From NCBI GenBank assembly GCA_051362555.1, contig CM120645.1, forward strand, positions 17,794,001-17,858,000: a stretch of DNA of 64,000 bases. The letters run 5' to 3'. This stretch comes from Lingula anatina (Eukaryota; Animalia; Brachiopoda). A model generated the notes under the pieces. It did not search any database, was not told the DNA's origin, and worked only from the letters and a program-made list of their open reading frames with translations. Below are positions 26,530 through 39,803 of this stretch, in pieces. The position numbers and the translations under genes are program-made. Each line of letters starts with the position of its first letter. The first letter of the stretch is position 1.

Positions 26530-26826
26530 GCGCATTTTGAAAAGCAGAATCGAATCCAACAATCATGACAGGGCACTAGTTTCTACCAGTACAAAAGTAA
26601 AAGCAAAGAAGTCTGTGAAAACAAAAACCAGAAAAACCCCAGTGTACATATGTAGAATTTGCAAGAGTAAATGTATAGAAAATGCTGAAGCAAGAAGCAT
26701 ATAGCATATTGTGTTCAATGTGTGATAAGTGGTTTCACTGGACTTTTGTTGAAATTGACAAGGACTCTGAAGAAGCAAATGATGAGGATGTCCTGTAGCT
26801 TTGTACAATTTGTCCACAGATGAAAT
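26530..26826 (+). pseudogene. C-terminal PHD finger of the SWIM-YqaJ gene (continuation beyond the DIRS)
   Basis: YICRICKSKC..., then after a frameshift SILCSMCDKWFHWTF(C->F)V...*LCTIC. Confidence 0.7.
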
Positions 26827-27169
26827 AATTGCACTTTTATGCTTAAAACTTTTTCTCAAATTTTGTTGCAGTAATGAAAATACTATCATGTAAATGTCCT
26901 ATTCAACATCAAATATATTGAACAAAAATGTGGAAAATGATATATACTTTACATAGAGCAGGTGCATTATTAACAAGAGTATATACAATGCAACCTACTG
27001 TGAAAACAAGGCAGCAAAGCTGTCAAATGTACAGACAAAAAGCAGGAAATAACTATGCACAAAATAGGCTACTGTCAATTCTGATGCAAAAGTACATTAT
27101 GTTAAACTGTAAATTCAACATCAAATTTTAATTATGCTCAACAGGTAATACCAATGAAAGTAAAATGTG

Positions 27170-29692
27170 TAACAAGCATAAGGCTTCAGGCCCATGAGAG
27201 TTCAAGTTCACACTTTGAAAATGTATAACTTCCAGAAAAAGAAGCCAATTAGACTGCTTTTCCAACTCAGGCTGCATGCCGATTTTCGAACTTGACCTCC
27301 GTTTTAGTAAGATCGATTACTCCTGAGAGTTTCACGACAACAGGCCTATCGGTTTTCCTTGAAATGTGTTTACAGTGTTGCATATATGTTGAAAAGTGAA
27401 AGAAAAAAGCATAACTTCTACAATAATGGCCCGATCATCCTGATTTTCGAACTTGACCTGCGTTTTATGAATATTCATCAGCTCTTTAAATATAAAGCCC
27501 AAAAGTAAAACTGCCTTCCACTTATTGTGTTTACAATGAAAGTGCAAGGTGCCGGCAACGGCGATGACAGACGCAGGTGATGGCAATATGTACAGACACA
27601 TCTGTACATATTTACTGTACTGTTTGAGAACAGTAAGTGACATGGTTTTTCTTAAATGGTCATCATGGGAGCAGTGCCCAAAATAGGTTTTTCAAATTTT
27701 GATGCAATATTACATAATGTTTAACAGCATAATGACCATCAATTTTTAAGAATAAAATATTAGTATCATGGATATTCAGAAAATGTGACTAGCAAAGGTC
27801 TTCAGGCCCATGGAACTTCAAAGCCACAACTTGAAAATGCCAAAATGTAAACAAGACAGCACTGTTCTGAAATGGGTTTATTTCCATTTTTAACAATTTT
27901 TAACATAAAACAAAATTAACAGTTTACTGCCATTTTTATATGATCAACTAAGAAAATTGATGAGATGGGGAAAATATCAATAGAATAGTGTTAAATGTCC
28001 AATTTCTTCCATTCTGAGATTCTGAACATAGTGAATGATTCAATCTGACAAACTGCAATGATATGAGTTTATTTCCATTTTTGAAACTTTATTACACAAT
28101 ACACAATAACAAGTTTAACATCATTTTTACAAAATCAACTAACAATGTTGTAAAGATGCAGGAAATGTCAAAAAAACACTTTTACATATCTTATTAATTA
28201 AATAATGAAACTGTTAACATGCCTAAGAATTGAATCTAAGGAAATGTAAAAAACAGCATAACTTCTAAAATAATGGCCCGATTATGCTGATTTTTGAACT
28301 TAACCTGCGTTTTAGCAGGATTGACCACTCCTGTGAGTTTAATGACAATTGGCCTATCTGTTTTTCTTATATTGTGTTTACAGTGTTGCATATATGCTGA
28401 AAAAAGAAAAAAAAGCATAACTACTAAAATAGTGGCCCGATCATGCCAATTTTCGAACTTGACCTGCATTTTAGTAAGATCAATTTTTCCTGTGAGTTTC
28501 ATGACAACAGGCCTATCGGTTTTTGTTGAAATGTGCTTACAGTGTTGCATATATGCTGAAAAGTGAAAAAACAGCATAACTTCTACAATAATGGCCCGAT
28601 CATGCTGATTTTCGAACTTGACTTGCATTTTATGAATATTCATCAGCTCTGTAAATATAAAGCCAAAAAGTAAAACTGCCTTCCACTTATCGTGTTTACA
28701 AGGAAAGTGCACGGCAACGACGGCGACGGCGACGACAGACGCAGGTGATGGCAATATGTACAGACACATCTGTACATATTTACTGTACTGTTTGAGAACA
28801 GTAAGTGACATGGTTTTTCTTAAATGGTCATCATGGGAGCAGTGCCCAAAATAGGTTTTTTTCAAATTTTGATGCAATATTACATAATGTTTAACAGCAT
28901 AATGACCATCAATTTTTAAGAATAAAATATTAGTATCATGGATATTCAGAAAATGTGACTAGCAAAGGTCTTCAGGCCCATGGAACTTCAAAGCCACAAA
29001 TTGAAAATGCCAAAATGTAAACAAGACAGCGCTGTTCTGAAATGGGTTTATTTCTATTTTTAACAATTTTTAACATAAAACAAAATTAACAGTTTACTGC
29101 CATTTTTATATGATCAACTAAGAAAATTGATGAGATGGGAAAAATATCAATAGAATAGTGTTAAATGTCCAATTTCTTCCATTCTGAGATTCTGAACATA
29201 GTGAATGATTCAATCTGACAAACTGCAATGATATGAGTTTATTTCCATTTTTGAAACTTTATTACACAATACACGATAACAAGTTTACCATCATTTTTCC
29301 AAAATCAACTAACAATGTTGTAAAGATGCAGGAAATGTCAAACAAACACTTTTACGTATCTTATTAGTTTAATAATGAGACTGTTAACATGCCTAAGAAT
29401 TGAATCTGAGGAAATGTGAAAAATATGCTGAAAAGTGAAAAAACAGCATAACTTCTACAATAATGGCCCGATCATGCTGATTTTCGAACTTGACCTGCGT
29501 TTTATGAATATTCATCAGCTCTGTAAATATAAAGCCAAAAAGTAAAACTGCCCTCCACTTATCGTGTTTACAAGGAAAGTGCACGGCGCCGGCATCGCCA
29601 TCGCCATCGGCATCGCCATCGGCATCGCCATCGGCGACGACAGACGCAGGTGATGGCAATATGTACAGACACATCTGTGTCTGTACATAATA
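27170..29692. mobile_element. Helentron-like (HINE) non-autonomous element, tandemly iterated
   Basis: Internal CGAACTTGACCTG core repeats and a GACG/GCCATC microsatellite. Terminal hairpin TATGTACAGACAC-ATCT-GTGTCTGTACATA (29660-29689) followed by an A-tract. ~1.17-kb direct duplication (27573 vs 28741). Left boundary approximate. Confidence 0.7.
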
Positions 29693-30115
29693 AAAAAGTA
29701 AATAAAAAGCTGCTATAAAATTAACCAGATATGCAGTTCATTAGTGTAATCAACATTAGATAAATAAGGATCATTATTATGACAAAATGTAATGAACACC
29801 TAGTATTTGGCACAGATTCAATTTGATTTTCCCAGTGTCAAAATGCATGTTTAGCAGAAATACTGCATTGAATTTTATGTAGAGTTGTAATAACATTCAC
29901 TTTGGCACAAGTATCAAGAGCACAAATACTGATTATAATAAATATATGTCGAGCATGAACAGAACAAGTGAGGTTTCAAATACAATAAGGAATACATTAG
30001 TTGTATTTTGTAATGATTTTCATTTCAAATACTGAGCATTGTTAAATTGCACTTAACAAAAATGTAAACAAATATTACAAATATTGAACATAATAAACAT
30101 ATATTGAGCATAAAT

Positions 30116-31995
30116 ACTGTACATGTTAAAATTTATTCTGATCACTGTGTATGTCTGTATTGTGACTGTTTGTTTGTATTTATTTTGATTATTGTGCACA
30201 TGTCTATGTTTTTACTCTTTTTCCTTGTGTTCATTCTCATTACGGTGAACGTTATTGTTGTCACTGTACATGTGAAATTTGTTTCTAATTACTGTGTTTG
30301 TCTGTATTTTGATGGTGTTTGTTTGTATTTATTTTGATTACTGTGTTTGTTGGTGTTGTTAATGTTGTCGTTTGTATTTATTGTGATCATTGTGTATGTC
30401 AGGTTTGTCACTCTATTTTTTTGTAATCATTACTATTACTCTGCATGATGGTGTTGTCACTGTATGGGTATGTGTCTGTTTATATTCTGGTTACTGTGTC
30501 TATTCTGTGTATATTGTTGCTGAATGTGTTTGTATATATTGTGATGACTGTATATGACTTCGTTTTCACTCTTTTTCCTTGTGTTCATTCATTTTTCCTT
30601 GTGTTGTCACTGTACACTTCAAATTTTTTCCAATCACTGTGTATGTCTGTATTTTGACTGTGCTTGTTTTTATTTTTTTTATTACTGTGCATATTTGTGT
30701 TGTCACTGTCCCTGTTTGTTTTAATTGTGAGCACTGTGTATGTCAGTTTTGTCACTATTTGTTTGTAACCTTTACTATTTCTCTGCATGATTGTGTTGTA
30801 AGTGTATCCCTGTGTGTTTGTTTATCTTATGTATATCTATGTGTCTGTTTATAATGTCTGCTGTGTCTATTCTGTATTGTTACTGAATGTGTTTATGTAT
30901 ATTGTGATGACTATTTACTGCTATGTTTTCACTTGTTTTCCTTGTGTTCATTCTCATTGCAGTTCACGCTACTTTTATCACTGTACATGTTAATATTTAT
31001 TTTAATCACTGTGTATGTCAGCTTGTAACTCTATTTCTTCGTAATAATTATTATTACTCTGCACGATGGTGTTGTCACTGTATGCCTGTGTGTTTGTTTA
31101 TCTTATGTTTGCTGTGTCTATTCTGTATTGTTACTGAATGTATTTGTATATATTGTGATGACTGTCTACAACTTTGTTTTCACTCTTTTTCCTTTTGATC
31201 ATTCTCATTACGATGAACATTACTCTTGTCACTGTACACATCAAAATTTATTCTGATCACTGTGTATGTTTATATTTTGACTGTGTTTGTTTGTATTTAA
31301 TTTGATTGCTGTGCATGTTTGTGTTGTCACTGTTCGTGTTTGTATTTATTGTGACCACTGTGTCTATTTGTTTTCTCACTCTATTTGTTTATAATCTTTA
31401 CTTTTACTCTGCATGATGATGTTATTTACTATATGTGTGTCTGTTTATATTCTGCTGCTGTGTCTATTTTGTATTGTTACTGAATGTGTTTGTATACATT
31501 GTGATGACTGTGTACGGCTATGTTTTTTACTCTTTTTCCTTGTGTTCATTTTCATTACGGTGAACGTTACTGTTGTCACTATACATTTCAAATTTTATTT
31601 TAATCACTGTGTATGTCTGTATTTTGACTATCTGTTTGAATTTATTTTGATTACTGTGTTTGTTGGTGTCGTTACTGTTTGTGTTTGTATTTATTGTGAG
31701 CACTATGTACGTCAGTTTTGTCACTCTTATTTCTTTTTTATTCATTATTATTACTCTGCATGATGGTGTTGTCACTGTATATCTATATGTCTGTTTATAT
31801 TGTTTGCTATGTCTTTTCTGTTTTATTACTGAATGTGTTTGTTCACATTGAGATGACTGTGTACGATTTCGTTTTCACTCTTTTTCGTTGTGTTCATTCT
31901 TATTACGGTAAATGTTTCTGTTGTCACTGTACATGTGAAATTTGTTTCTAATTACTGTGCATGTCTGTACTGGGACTGTGTTTATTTGTATTTTT
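30116..31995 (+). repeat. Satellite block, diverged
   Basis: Same 49-bp monomer motifs. Confidence 0.92.
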
Positions 31996-32239
31996 ATCAA
32001 TAATATGTCTTCATTTTTATATTATTGTGGGAAAAATTATTTTAAGATCTGAACAAAACTGTGCAAGTGAAGTAAAAGAGCCACTTAAGTTATGCCAGAG
32101 CCCTCTTAGTTAATTTTATGAGAATCAGGAATACAGTTAAATTCTTAATTAAAATAAAATTAATTTTGGGTGGTTTGCAACATTTTTTCCAGTTCCAAAT
32201 CGAAGGTCTCTTTATTACCTGCAGTACACGCACCTAAGA

Positions 32240-32460
32240 GCTTGTTTGACCCTAAATAAAGGTCGAAAGTCAAATCTAAGGGCATATTTGGAATCTCCAC
32301 ATGACTTTTGGTCAGACTTCTATAGTAATTTTTCCCATAATTCCTTCGGTTTGAGAGATATTTAGCACTGAATTTTCAAAAATTATGACAAGGGCGCATT
32401 CAAACGAGTGTCACTAAAACCATGAGTATTGCCAGCATACATGCTGGTGGTACTAATAAT
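32240..32460. mobile_element. HINE fragment related to the 38-39.8 kb element
   Basis: AAGGTC..AGTCAAATCTAAGGGCATATTTG similarity, and end hairpin GTATTGCCAGCATACATGCTGGTGGTAC resembling 39775-39802. Confidence 0.55.
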
Positions 32461-32647
32461 TTAGAGTGTTTCCCCCATCTCTTAAGAGATTATCAGAGGT
32501 TGATCATCTGTGAAGATTGAAGGTCACATATGGTTTAGTGGCAAGCACAGATTCCAGAATAATTGCAAGAACCACCATTTCGGTGGTAAAATAGAATTTG
32601 TTATATTTGTCCAAGTTGTTTACAATGTATTCAATGTAAAATATAAA

Positions 32648-32829
<182 letters not shown>

Positions 32830-34515
32830 GTATGTATGTGTAATATATCCCATGACGGAGATTTATTTAAACTTTCTTTATAAACTGTATCTTTTTCTTC
32901 CTTTTTTTTTTCAAACTATTTTTTCTGTGGGTGACATAGTTATGCTAAAAGTATTATAAGACTTATGTGAATAAATGTATTTTTTTTTTTTTGGGGGGGG
33001 GGACTACACTTATTTAGTTTTTGCTATTATTTGGTAACCAACGACATTGCTTAATAGCGAGCATGCATGTGCAAAACTCCTGACCCAATGTTTCACAGGT
33101 TTAGGCTCGGTGGATAATATATGTGTGGCTCAGTAAAACAGCACCCAGTGAACAAATTATTCACTTCTACAATCTAAGTTACAGGATTCCTAACAGGAAA
33201 AAACACCAAAACAAAATTGAATTAACAAAAAGGAGTGTTTAAACAAAAGAAAAAATATCCATCTACAACAAATGTCTTTCATATTGAATCTCTGATTTTG
33301 ATTAAACATTTATTTTATACGTCCTGAGATATTGCTAGGTACCTAGTACAAAAATGAGACAGAACTACATGTACATTTTACATAAAGCATCTGAGCATAC
33401 CACTATATTTTTGCTTTGAACATTTGTCTTGGTAAGAATGGATCAATTAAATTGTTAAATTCTACTTTGTTGGTGGGCAATAAATTAGCAGAATAACAGT
33501 TATATCTTTTTTGCTTCCTGGGCTAGCATCAAATATACAAATTGGTGCCAAGAAACAATTAACAGGTTAATCATTATAAACTATATATATGGGACAAATC
33601 AACCCACACTGTTCCCACTTTTCTCAACATAATGTTATTTTTTACAAACATCGAAGGGGGGAGTCGGGACCCAACACACACCTGGCCCTAAATCTGCCAC
33701 TGCATGTTATTCATTTGAAATTGATTAGTAAAGTGTAATTAAGCCATTTAATTTCATGTATCCTCAGATTATCTAAGTTCATAGATGTAACTAACAATTT
33801 CAACTACAAAAGAATAAATTAACGGGGAGGGGAGGGATGTACTCATACTAATTCCCCTCACAACATCGTTAATTCCCAATTTGTAGCCTATAAACTTGGT
33901 TAATGTAACATGTAGGCCTATATTTTGATTTTGCAGATTGTTTTGCCCATTTATAAATAATATAATATTCATTTTATAATATGTATAATGATGTGGATTG
34001 TTTTGCCCATTTATATTATATGTGGAAATGAATAAAATTAATTACATGCATGTACACGTATGTAGGCATTGCGCCAGCTCAGTACGATGACCCCCCCCTC
34101 CCCACTTCCTCAGTTGCCAAAGTCAATACCCCGAAACGTTATCTTTATCAAACATTCATTTTAAAATAATCATGTGAAAATGCTTATAAATAATAACGTT
34201 AATTTATACAGCGCACAAATCTGCTCCTTCTAATGCTGTTTCAACTCATTTCAGTTATTCGGTTCTCATATTATATGTGCGATTCCTTAAAACAACACAC
34301 ACACACACACACACAAGATAACACCTAAACAAAATAAATTCATTGCTATTAACTGTAAGTTTACCCCTACTTCTTGAGCTTAAAAGGGTCATACCTCTAC
34401 ATCATCATATTGTGAGTGGGAATACATACCAAGTGGTATGAAAAATAACTAGTTCTCACACTAACCCCTCTATTGGCAAAATCCCCTAGCTCATCATATA
34501 ATACGCTAACGCTAA

Positions 34516-36060
34516 CATTACTGTTGTCACTGTACACGTCAAAATTTATTCTAATCACTGTGTATGTCTGTATTTTGACTGTAGTTGTTTTTATTTATTT
34601 TGATTACTGTGCATGTTTGCGTTGTCACTGTTCATGTTTGTATTTATTGTGAGTACTGTGTATGTCAGCTTTGTCACTCTATTTGTTTGTAATCTTTACT
34701 ATTACTCTGCATGATTGTTTTGTCACTGTATCCCTGTGTGTTTGTTTATCTTATGTATTTTATGTGTCTGTTAATATTCTGTTTGCTGTGTCTGTTCTGT
34801 ATTGTTACTGAATGTCTTCATATAATTTTGATCACTGTTAAAGTCTGTTTGTCCTTCTGTTTGTATATAACCATAATCATTACTGTGCATTTTTGTTTTG
34901 TCAGTGTTTGTGTTTGTATTTTTTGTGATCACAGTGTATGTTTGTGTCGTTACTGTTGATGTTTGTATTTATTGTGAGCACTGTGTATGTCAGTTTTGTC
35001 ACTATTTGTTTGTAGTCATTTTGATTACTGTGCATTTTAGTGTTGGCATTGTTTGTGTTTGTATTTATTATCAGCAATATGGATGTCAGTTTTGTCAGTT
35101 AATTTTTTTCTAGTCATTATTTTAACTGTGCATGTTGGTGTTGTCACTGACATCATAGTTTATATACATGTCTGTTTATACTCTTATTACTGTTTCCATT
35201 GTCATTGAATGTATTTGTATATATATATATATTGTGATCACTGTGTATGACTGTGTAATCACCCGATTAAATTGTGTTCACTCTTGTTACTGTACATGGT
35301 TGTGTTGTCACTGTACATGTCAAAATTTATTTTGATCACTTTGTACGTCTGTATTATGACTGTGTATGTTTGATAATTGTACACGTTACTATTGTCACTG
35401 TACATGCCAATATTTATTTTGATCACTATTTATGTCAGTTTGTCACTATTTGTTTGTAATCATTATTATTACTGTGCATGTCACTGTATGCCTGTGTGTT
35501 TGTTTATCTTATGTTTGCTGTGTCTATTCTGCATTGTTTCTGAACGTGTTTGTATATTGTGATGACTGTGTAGGGTTATGTTTTCACTCTTTTTCCTTGT
35601 CTTCATTCTTATGCTGCATGTTACTGTTGTCACTGTACATATCAAAAATTTTTCCGATCACTGTGTATGTTTGTGTTGTTACTGTTTGTGTCTACATAAA
35701 ATTCTGATCACTGAGTAATTCTGTTTGTCCTGCTATTTGTTTGTATTTATTTTTATTACTGTACATATTTCTGTTGTCACTGTTTCCATTTGTATTTATT
35801 GTGATCACCGTGTATATTTGTGTCGTTACTGTTGGTGTTTGTATTTATTGTGAGCACTCTGTATGTCAGTTTTGTCACTGTTTGTATTTATTTTTATTAC
35901 TGTGCATGTAAGTATTGTCACTGTGTCTGTATTTATGGTGAGCACTGTGTCTGTTATTTTTGTCACTCTACTTGTTTATAATCATTACTATTACTCTGCA
36001 TGATGATGTTGTTCACTTTATATCTATGTGTCTGTTAATATTCTGTTTGCTGTGTCTATT
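34516..36060 (+). repeat. Satellite block, diverged
   Basis: Same monomer motifs. Confidence 0.9.
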
Positions 36061-36721
36061 TAGGATTCCCCATAGGGGAATACTATTGTTTTTGGTAGTA
36101 TTATCATTATTATTATTATTATTATAGTTATTCTTTCCGCACGTTTTTTTTTGCAAAAAATCTGAAATAATTTACATAGGTAGCCTATGGTAAGAATTTG
36201 CCATAGACCCAGTTTCAGTGACCTTGACCTACTTTTCAAGGTCACAGTGGCTTTTAAAGACAAAATTTGTAAAATTTGAAATTGCCAATATGCCCTTATT
36301 ATAAGCCCTATGACTAAAGGCCGTATGGACTATAATACTGAGCTAAATCGATCTCCAGATGTTGACCTACTTTCATGCAAGTAGGTCAAGGTCAAGGTCG
36401 CTAATGGCCAAACAGGCTCAAAAAAGATTTGTTTCCAAGATCTCAAAAACCGGAAGGCCCAGAGCCATGATCATAGTGGCATATGATGCCCTATATATTT
36501 ATTTAAAACTAGAGGATCAGAGAGGCGATACCGCCTCCGAATATTGTACCACCAGCTGGAGCAAGCGCATTCGTATAGACCCCCACATACACAAAATAAG
36601 GGGTGCAGCCACCAGTCTTGTGCTTGACAAGCTGTAAAAATGCAATCAACAAGAATTTTCAAAATATGCAAAAAATATATATAACTAAAAATGGTGCAAT
36701 CAAAGTTAAGTTCATTGTAAG

Positions 36722-37708
36722 GTAGGTCAAAGGTCAATTTCAAGGTCACAGTAAATTGCCAGTATATGACTTCCTATCCAACTTCAATAGTAACTATGGA
36801 CCTATCTCTGCCAGTTTTGGAGATAAAAGGGAAGCAAAATTTGCAAAGTTCAGTTCATGGTGAAAAGTAGGTCAAAGGTCAATTTCAAGGTCACAGTAAG
36901 ATTGCCAGTATATGACTTCCTATTCAACTTCAATAGTAACTATGGACCTATCTCTGCCAGTTTTGGAGATAAAAGGGAAGCAAAATTTGCAAAGTTCAGT
37001 TCATGGTGAAAAGTAGGTCAAAGGTCAATTTCAAGGTCACATTTAGATTGCCAGTATATGACTTCCTATTCAACTTCAATAGTAACTATGGACCTATCTC
37101 TGCCAGTTTTGGAGATAAAAGGGAAGCAAAATTTGCAAAGTTCAGTTCATGGTGAAAAGAAGGTCAAAGGTCAATTTCAAGGTCACAGTAAAATTGCCAG
37201 TATATGACTTCCTATGCAAGTTCAATAGTAACTATGGACCTATCTCTGCCAGTTTTGGAGATAAAAGGGAAGCAAATTTTGCAAAGTTCAGTTCAAGGTG
37301 AAAAGTAGGTCAAAGGTCAATTTCAAGGTCACAGTAAAATTGCCAGTATATGACTTCCTATTCAAGTTCAATAGTAACTATGGACCTATCTCTGCCAGTT
37401 TTGGAGATAAAAGGGAAGCAAAATTTGCAAAGTTCAGTTCATGGTGATAAGTAGGTCAAAGGTCAATTTCAAGGTCACAGTAAGATTGCCAGTATATGAC
37501 TTCCTATTCAACTTCAATAGTAACTATGGACCTATCTCTGCCAGTTTTGGAGATAAAAGGGAAGCAAAATTTGCAAAGTTCAGTTCATGGTGAAAAGTAG
37601 GTCAAAGGTCAATGTCAAGGTCACAGTAAGATTGCCAGTATATGACTTCCTATTCAACTTCAATAGTAACTATGGACCTATCTCTGCCAGTTTTGGAGAT
37701 ATAAGGGA
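36722..37708 (+). repeat. 146-bp tandem array (~6.8 copies)
   Basis: Unit starts at 36722, 36867, 37013, 37159, 37305, 37451 and 37597; copies near-identical. Confidence 0.96.
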
Positions 37709-37951
37709 CTAAATGTTATAATTTTGGAGTTACCATAATGTGCCATAAATTTCCTACAGAAAAAATTAATTAAAATAAAGAAAAGGTCATTTTGGTCAAA
37801 GTTCTTGAAATGGGAGGTTCTCTGAAGTTGCAGAAGTTTAAATTTGATAAAATAATGTCATTTTTGACCACAAGTTGTCTGCTTTGCCAAGCATTATGTT
37901 TTATTTTTCCGGAGTTCAAAATTTATTATCCATTACCGTACTGCACATTTT

Positions 37952-38243
37952 TACGGAAGCCGACTGGTGCCATATGTTGAAAAAAAAAATTATCTGGAAA
38001 TTTCGAGATAGCATTTTTTTTGTTCAAATTTCAAAATACTATCTCGAAATTTCGAGATAAATTTTTTTGCTCAAATATCAAAATGCTATCTCGAAATTTC
38101 GAGATAATTTTTTTTTTGTTCAAATTTCAAAATGCTATCTCGAAATTTCGAGATAAAAATTTTTTTTGTTCAAATTTCAAAATAGTATCTCGAAATTTCG
38201 AGATAATTTTTTTTTCTACATATGGCACCAGTCGGCTTCCGTA
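37952..38243. mobile_element. IS3EU-type MITE (TAYGG termini, 6-bp TSD)
   Basis: TIR TACGGAAGCCGACTGGTGCCATATGT and TSD CATTTT. Internal ~41-bp repeats carry the palindrome ATCTCGAAATTTCGAGAT. Confidence 0.78.
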
Positions 38244-39803
38244 CATTTTCCTTTCACCACCAATATGTACTTTCTGATACAGCGTAACTCGAAAACCGTA
38301 TGGAATACAAAAAAACCGAGACCACTTCCAGTGTTGGGCTTTACATGCTCTACAAAATGCAAAAAAGAATGGGTCTCTAGCATTAACGGTTCCCGAATTA
38401 GAGACAGTTTTCAGTTTCGGTATCTTATGGCCGCTACTCCTGTGAAAATGCACCGATTGACCCCAAATTCACGGAGATGAAAGATGACCTGAAGGGTAAC
38501 ACTTTCCAATAATATTATTGGTTAAGTCTGTGTGGCGTCTGAATAACAGGGCAAAAAAATTTTTTTTCGTAAAAAATTTCATTTTTTTGAAAATTTTGAC
38601 CCATTTGACCTTGAAGTAAAGGTCAAAGGTCAAATCCGAGGGTATATTTGAAATCTACACATATGACTTTTGGAAAGCCGTCTATAGAAATTTTTCCCGT
38701 AACTCCTTCTGTAGGGTAGATAATTAGCATTTAATTTTGCCATTTTTAGACAAGGGTGCATTGCAATGAGTGCCACACCCAGACCCCAATACCGACAAAG
38801 CCCAAATTTTACGTGGAACGAGTTGAGATTATAGGTGACCTAAATCCATGAGATGGGTACGGGGGCCCTTACCGTCTAGGAGGAGAAGCGGTAACGGTAA
38901 CATGGCGGCGGAGCCGGCGGAACGGACCGGACGGGACCGAAACCATGTGTACCGCCAGCGCTAACGCTGGTGGTAAATTTTTTTGTTCAAATTTCAAAAT
39001 AGTATCTCGAAATTTCGAGATAATTTTTTTTTCTACATATGGCACCAGTGGGCTTCCGTACATTTTCATTTCACCACCAATATGTACTTTTTGATACAGC
39101 GTAACTCGAAAACCGTATGGAATACAAAAAAACCGAGACCACCTCCAGTGTTGGGCTTTACATGCTCTACAAAATGCAAAAAAGAATGGGTCTCTAGCAT
39201 TAACGGTTCCCGAATTAGAGACAGTTTTCAGTTTCGGTATCTTATGGCCGCTACTCCTGTGAAAATGCACCGATTGACCCCAAATTCACGGAGATGAAAG
39301 ATGACCTGAAGGGTAACACTTTCCAATAATATTATTGGTTAAGTCTGTGTGGTGTCTGAATAACAGGGCAAAAAATTTTTTTTTCGTAAAAAATTTCATT
39401 TTTTTGAAAATTTTGGCCCATTTGACCTTGAAGTAAAGGTCAAAGGTCAAATCCGAGGGTATATTTGAAATCTACACATATGACTTTTGGAAAGCCGTCT
39501 GTAGAAATTTTTCCCGTAACTCCTTCTGTAGGGTAGATAATTAGCATTTAATTTTGCCATTTTTAGACAAGGGTGCATTGCAATGAGTGCCACACCCAGA
39601 CCCCAATACCGACAAAGCCCAAATTTTACGTGGAACGAGTTGAGATTATAGGTGACCTAAATCCATGAGATGGGTATGGGGGGCCTTACCGTCTAGGAGG
39701 AGAAGCGGTAACGGTAGCCGTCCGGCGGAGCCGGCGGAGCCGGCGGAACGATCCGGACGAGACCGAAACCATGTGTACCGCCAGCGCTAACGCTGGTGGT
39801 ACA
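38160..39803. repeat. 817-bp tandem duplication of a second, nested HINE-like element
   Basis: ORF pair 38166/38983 is offset by 817. Each copy ends in hairpin GTACCGCCAGCG-CTAA-CGCTGGTGGTA(C). Confidence 0.88.

Noticed and set aside
27332-29674. Minus-strand ORFs up to 213 aa with repeated QVKFEN motifs
   Set aside because: Translations of HINE internal core repeats; no domain signature.
36722-38243. CRISPR-like regular repeats and palindromes
   Set aside because: Units are fully tandem with no unique spacers, there are no cas genes, and the context is eukaryotic transposons.
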